From NCBI RefSeq assembly GCF_049243625.1, contig NZ_CP046975.1: 32,000 bases of DNA, one strand, 5' to 3'. The position numbers were made by a program, and so were the translations under genes. Origin of the DNA: Corynebacterium amycolatum. Lineage in GTDB: Bacteria; Actinomycetota; Actinomycetes; Mycobacteriales; Mycobacteriaceae. Positions 28,825 to 32,000 of the stretch are shown here, piece after piece. The stretch's first letter is position 1, and every line of letters begins with the position of its first letter. The notes below the pieces were generated by a model, which saw only the letters and a list, made by a program, of their open reading frames with translations, was not told where the DNA came from and made no database searches.

Positions 28825-29282
28825 GGTTGCAACCTCAAAGTTGTACGGCCAATACGAAATTCCATACCCGAAGCCAGTCGTTCCGGCTGTTCCACGCGCT
28901 GACCATTGAGGAATGTGCCATTGCGGGAGTCCAGATCCTCCAGGTACCAGATGCCGTCGCGGTTGATGACGCGAGCGTGCTGGCCCGAGGCGAAATCATC
29001 GTTGAGGACGAAGGCATTCGACTCTGAACGGCCGATAGTGATGTCGCGTTGGTTGTTTAGGTTCATGCGCGAACCCGCCAGCGGCCCGGAGGTGACAAGG
29101 AGCTGATGTGGAGTCTGCGAGCGCTGGAAACGCTTGGCCGGAGCGCTGCTGGTTTGCCGAAGCGGGCGCAGCGGAGCCGAACCTATTGTTTCTGTACGCA
29201 GGGTGCGAAGCGTCATCCAAATGAAAAACCACAGGACGACCAGCACGCCGATGCGCGAAAGCAGAAAAACGATAGCTTCCAC
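28821..29282 (-). CDS. fhaB: FHA-domain protein FhaB/FipA (153 aa)
   Basis: N-terminal TM helix. FHA core ITIGRSESNAFVLNDDFASGQHARV...SRNGTFLNG. RBS AAGGAGG before GTG 29282. Confidence 0.93.
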   Translation of the reverse strand: MEAIVFLLSRIGVLVVLWFFIWMTLRTLRTETIGSAPLRPLRQTSSAPAKRFQRSQTPHQLLVTSGPLAGSRMNLNNQRDITIGRSESNAFVLNDDFASGQHARVINRDGIWYLEDLDSRNGTFLNGQRVEQPERLASGMEFRIGRTTLRLQP

Positions 29283-29430
29283 GTCCGAGGAACCTCCTTA
29301 TATAGAGCTGGTGGGTCCGCAACCGAACACACGGACGTAATTATTCCAGGAATGTGTCGGCAAACCTAGGGTAGTGGCATTTGAATCTAGTGAACCTCAC
29401 TACTTAGCGGATCTAAATCAGCGGATTTAA

Positions 29431-30330
29431 CTAGCGGATCTGAACTTCGAGAACAGAATGTCCAAGCGAGATCTCGTCGCCGTCGGCCAGCAGCCAGTTA
29501 TCAATGGGTTCGCCATTGACAATGGTTCCGTTGGTCGAATGCAAATCGACGAGCACCGCATCCTGGCCATCCCACGTGATTTCGGCATGCTGGCGGGAAA
29601 CACCAGTGTCCGGAAGGCGGAAGTCGGAAGCGGTGCCGCGGCCGATGATGTTCGAACCATGGCGCACCTCGAATACGCGCGAGGAGCCGTCCTGCAACAG
29701 CAGGGTGATGGTCTTTTCCTGGGACTGGTCTTCGTCCACGGCCGAGTTGCTCAGCTCAGTTGCCGCTTCCGGGTCGGCGGTAGGCGCGGGACGGGAAGCG
29801 GTGGGGAACTGCTCAGCTTCCGGCTGTGGGTGGTAGGCGGCAGAGGTCTCGGCGGCTTGAGGTTCATCATCGCTTTGCGACGGGGCTGCGTCAGTGTTGG
29901 CATCATCAGCGCTGTCGTCGAATGGAACGAACTCCGAAGTGCTTACAGTGTCCTCGGTGAAAGTGCTGGCCGTCTTCAGCTGACCGGTGTGGAGCGACTC
30001 CACTGCCTGCAGGTGGACGCTGATGGTACCGGTGAAACCCCAGCCGTTGTTACGGCAGTAGCGCGTCATGCGGTCAGCCAATTGATTCGGCAGGTTGGGC
30101 TCTGATGCGGAGAGGTTTTTGTAATCGGCGGCGCTGATGCCAATGCGGAAATCATTGGGTGCCAAGTACTGACCGTTGGCGTCCTGCATCAGGAAATCTT
30201 CAATTTCCTGCTTCAGGCATTCTTCTAACTCATTCGGGACAACCTTGCCGCCGAACACGCGCGCAAAGCTGTTGTCGAGCCCGCGCTGAAGCGAGCTATC
30301 GAGCTTGCGGATGCGTCCTAGGAAATCCAT
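29431..30330 (-). CDS. fhaA: FHA-domain protein FhaA (DUF3662 N-domain plus C-terminal FHA, 299 aa)
   Basis: N-terminus LDSSLQRGLDNSFARVFGGKVVPNELE. Acidic linker. FHA core IIGRGTASDFRLPDTGVSRQHAEI...STNGTIVNG. Confidence 0.93.
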   Translation of the reverse strand: MDFLGRIRKLDSSLQRGLDNSFARVFGGKVVPNELEECLKQEIEDFLMQDANGQYLAPNDFRIGISAADYKNLSASEPNLPNQLADRMTRYCRNNGWGFTGTISVHLQAVESLHTGQLKTASTFTEDTVSTSEFVPFDDSADDANTDAAPSQSDDEPQAAETSAAYHPQPEAEQFPTASRPAPTADPEAATELSNSAVDEDQSQEKTITLLLQDGSSRVFEVRHGSNIIGRGTASDFRLPDTGVSRQHAEITWDGQDAVLVDLHSTNGTIVNGEPIDNWLLADGDEISLGHSVLEVQIR

Positions 30331-30591
30331 CTGACTAAAGAAATTCGCCTTCTCCCGCCAAACCGCGGCGGGTTACGTGAAAAATGTGCATAAAAATTAT
30401 CGATACTTTAGCAACAGTATAGAGCCCTACACCTTCAGTTAAGGGCTAGGAACTGCTGAGGTTTATCAAATAGTGACGACGCTTGTGAAATAAGTGGCTG
30501 TTGCTAAGTGCGAAAAAGACGTTTTAAAAGTGGTGAAAAGTGGTGAAAAACGCGCGCTGGCCTGGGGATTTGGTGGTGTATTAGCGCGGGG

Positions 30592-30600
30592 TGTTATAGT
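30592..30600 (+). promoter_or_regulatory. Candidate extended -10 (TGTTATAGT) for tRNA-Leu, downstream of phased A-tracts
   Basis: TGnTATAGT ends 15 nt before the mature tRNA 5' end. A-tracts recur about every 10 bp across 30512-30550, including the tandem GTGGTGAAAA x2 at 30530-30549. Confidence 0.4.
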
Positions 30601-30615
30601 TCTATTCGTTCCCAC

Positions 30616-30699
30616 GGGCGAGTGGCGGAATGGCAGACGCGCTGGCTTCAGGTGCCAGTGTCCTTTACGGACGTGGGGGTTCAAGTCCCCCTTCGCCCA
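30616..30699 (+). tRNA. leuT: tRNA-Leu (anticodon CAG), long variable arm
   Basis: Acceptor GGGCGAG/TTCGCCC. Anticodon stem CTGGC/GCCAG with loop TTCAGGT. T-arm GGGGG-TTCAAGT-CCCCC. Discriminator A. Confidence 0.93.
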
Positions 30700-30707
30700 C
30701 AGCGAAG

Positions 30708-30742
30708 ATCCTCGGAAGTGTAAAAGCTTCCGAGGATTTTTT
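30708..30742 (+). terminator. Rho-independent terminator after tRNA-Leu
   Basis: 11-bp perfect stem ATCCTCGGAAG / CTTCCGAGGAT, 8-nt loop, then T6. Confidence 0.85.
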
Positions 30743-30843
30743 GTTTGCGGTGGCGGTTGGAGTGGGGCTTGGGTTGAAGCAGAGGCGGATGCTGAGCTGA
30801 GGTTGTTGGCTTGTCCTTTAACCCTCCCTTAACCCTGTCCGGC

Positions 30844-31014
30844 ACTTATGGCCAGGTTTCGGGGACTTGTCGATGTATTTCTCTCACTTATCGATGGATT
30901 CTCCTGACTTATCGATGGTTTTTCGGCACTTATGCGCACGCTGTGGGCCCGGCTCTCTCACTTGTCGATGCGCTATTCACTTGTGGACACGCTACAGCGC
31001 ATCGATAGGTGAAT
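30844..31014 (+). repeat. Iteron-like direct repeats: ACTT(A/G)T(C/G)GATG-type units at exact 21-bp spacing (x5), plus two further direct copies and one inverted copy
   Basis: Unit starts at 30844, 30865, 30886, 30907 and 30928 (period exactly 21 bp). Further copies at 30960 and 30979. Inverted copy CATCGATAGGT at about 31000-31010. Confidence 0.75.
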
Positions 31015-31019
31015 AGCGT

Positions 31020-31189
31020 GGCCACAAGTCGTCGGATGCGTCGGCCGTTTCAATTGCCACGCTCGTACCGGCCGCACCCATTGCAATACCGGTATTGGCA
31101 GTCGCAAGTGCTGGGACGTTGGTCTCGCGAGTGATGAGTAAGCGGAAGTGCGAGGGCATCATCGAATCGGGCCGACGGTGGACGGCCAT
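31020..31189 (-). pseudogene. Decayed fragment of a (heavy-metal) P-type ATPase C-terminal region
   Basis: The 65-aa ORF contains NVPALATANTGIAMGAAGTSVAIETAD, resembling the hinge motif GDGxNDxPAL..ADVGIAMG.GTDVAIE.AD. The GDG-ND residues are degraded (TRETNV) and no flanking ATPase domains are present. Confidence 0.5.
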
Positions 31190-31249
31190 TGTTGATGAGG
31201 ATGCCCTGGCGGATTTAGCGATGTAGGTGGGTTTGGTTTGGAGTCTGGC

Positions 31250-31666
31250 CTACCGCCAAAACGTGGTCATGCCACGCTTGTCCTCCATGTTGAACTCGAT
31301 CATCTTGGCAAGCAGGTCCAGCGGCATGGACTCGGCCTTGCCGTCCTTTGGCCAGGGGAAGCGGACCATCATTTTGCCGTAGGAGAGGCCGCGGGCATCG
31401 AACTCGTCGGCGAACTTTTCAATACCTGCGCGCTCCGGGGCAATCGCCATGTGCTTCTTGGCGTAGGAGAAGCCGATAATGAACGTGCCATCAAGGGTGA
31501 ACATCGGCTGGCTCCAGGCGATTCGAACGCCCAGTTCAGGATACTTTTCGTGGACCCACTCGAGCACCTCGAGAGCCACCGCGCGCTGCATGTCATCATC
31601 TACGCGCGAGAGGTGGTCGGCGAAGAACTCGGCGATGGTTTCGTCGGTCATATGCTGAACAGCCAT
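31250..31666 (-). CDS. DUF1801 / YdhG-like protein (138 aa)
   Basis: Pattern AWSQPMFTLDGTFIIGFSYAKKHMAIAP...MVRFPW...PLDLLAKMIEF parallels B. subtilis YdhG-type proteins. The antisense 165-aa ORF has no recognisable features. Confidence 0.75.
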   Translation of the reverse strand: MAVQHMTDETIAEFFADHLSRVDDDMQRAVALEVLEWVHEKYPELGVRIAWSQPMFTLDGTFIIGFSYAKKHMAIAPERAGIEKFADEFDARGLSYGKMMVRFPWPKDGKAESMPLDLLAKMIEFNMEDKRGMTTFWR

Positions 31667-31707
31667 GGTCTGGATTTTACTGTGCCATCAACTAACATGA
31701 CTTCGAG

Positions 31708-32000
31708 TGGCTACAGATTTGAATACTCAGTTTGATCCCAAAAAGGCGTGGCCAGCGCTGTGGACCGTATTGCTCGGCTTCTTCATGATTCTGGTCGACG
31801 CCACCATTGTCACCGTTGGTATTAACACCATCCAGCATGAACTGGGCGGTGAGCTCAACCAGGTCATGTGGGTGACCAGCGGTTATTTGCTGGCCTATGC
31901 GGTGCCGTTGCTTATTACCGGCAGGCTCGGTGACCTCTGGGGAGTCAAGCACACCTATGTAGCGGGCTTGGTTATCTTCGTGTTGGCGTCGCTGGCGTGT
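31708..32000 (+). CDS. MFS transporter, DHA2 (EmrB/QacA)-like, N-terminal part; runs off the window (start GTG 31708 or TTG 31720)
   Basis: Translation ...KKAWPALWTVLLGFFMILVDATIVTVGINTIQHELGGELNQVMWVTSGYLLAYAVPLLITGRLGDLWGVKHTYVAGLVIFVLASLAC. This is the typical TM1-TM3 region, with the LVDATIV and GRLGD motifs. Confidence 0.8.

Noticed and set aside
30494-30832. 112-aa ORF overlapping tRNA-Leu
   Set aside because: It reads straight through the tRNA gene and its terminator, so it is spurious.
30811-31008. 65-aa ORF with the repeated peptide LTYRW, and the possibility of a CRISPR array
   Set aside because: The peptide repeat is just the 21-bp DNA repeat read in frame. It is not a CRISPR array: the units are contiguous with no unique spacers, are only about 21 bp and degenerate, and no cas genes are nearby.
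31238-31735. 165-aa plus-strand ORF opposite the DUF1801 gene
   Set aside because: The minus-strand product shows the YdhG/DUF1801 pattern. The plus-strand frame has no motifs and would collide with the MFS gene start.

Overview
This window is the origin-proximal chromosome of a high-GC actinobacterium with Corynebacterium/Mycobacteriales synteny. The conserved backbone runs dnaA, oriC, dnaN, recF, DUF721 (dciA), gyrB ... gyrA, DUF3566, tRNA-Ile, tRNA-Ala ... ppiA ... crgA, pabA/trpG, pknB, pknA, pbpA, rodA, pstP, fhaB, fhaA, tRNA-Leu. Accessory or unusual material interrupts it at four places. (1) Between gyrB and gyrA lie an alpha/beta hydrolase, a Tat-signal phosphocholine-type phospholipase C, and an RHH antitoxin paired with a Doc-like toxin whose Fic motif is degenerate. 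(2) After tRNA-Ala lies an intact IS1249-like insertion sequence (24-bp inverted repeats, 8-bp target duplication). It is followed by a ~1.35-kb low-GC islet encoding a secreted Cys-containing protein and a small PLDc_N-type membrane protein; in the former, a 1-nt shift in an A6 run separates RBS+ATG from the signal peptide. A membrane-anchored K/E/A-rich protein with 11-residue repeats comes next. (3) The convergent ppiA-crgA spacer is terminator-insulated and AT-rich, and holds about 13 DnaA boxes against 5 in the canonical dnaA-dnaN spacer. This is the most interesting signal in the window. (4) Downstream of tRNA-Leu lie strictly 21-bp-phased iteron-like direct repeats, a decayed P-type ATPase fragment, a DUF1801 gene and the start of an MFS transporter. 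All motif coordinates and GC estimates were counted by hand and may be off by 1-2 nt. No database search or computation was run.
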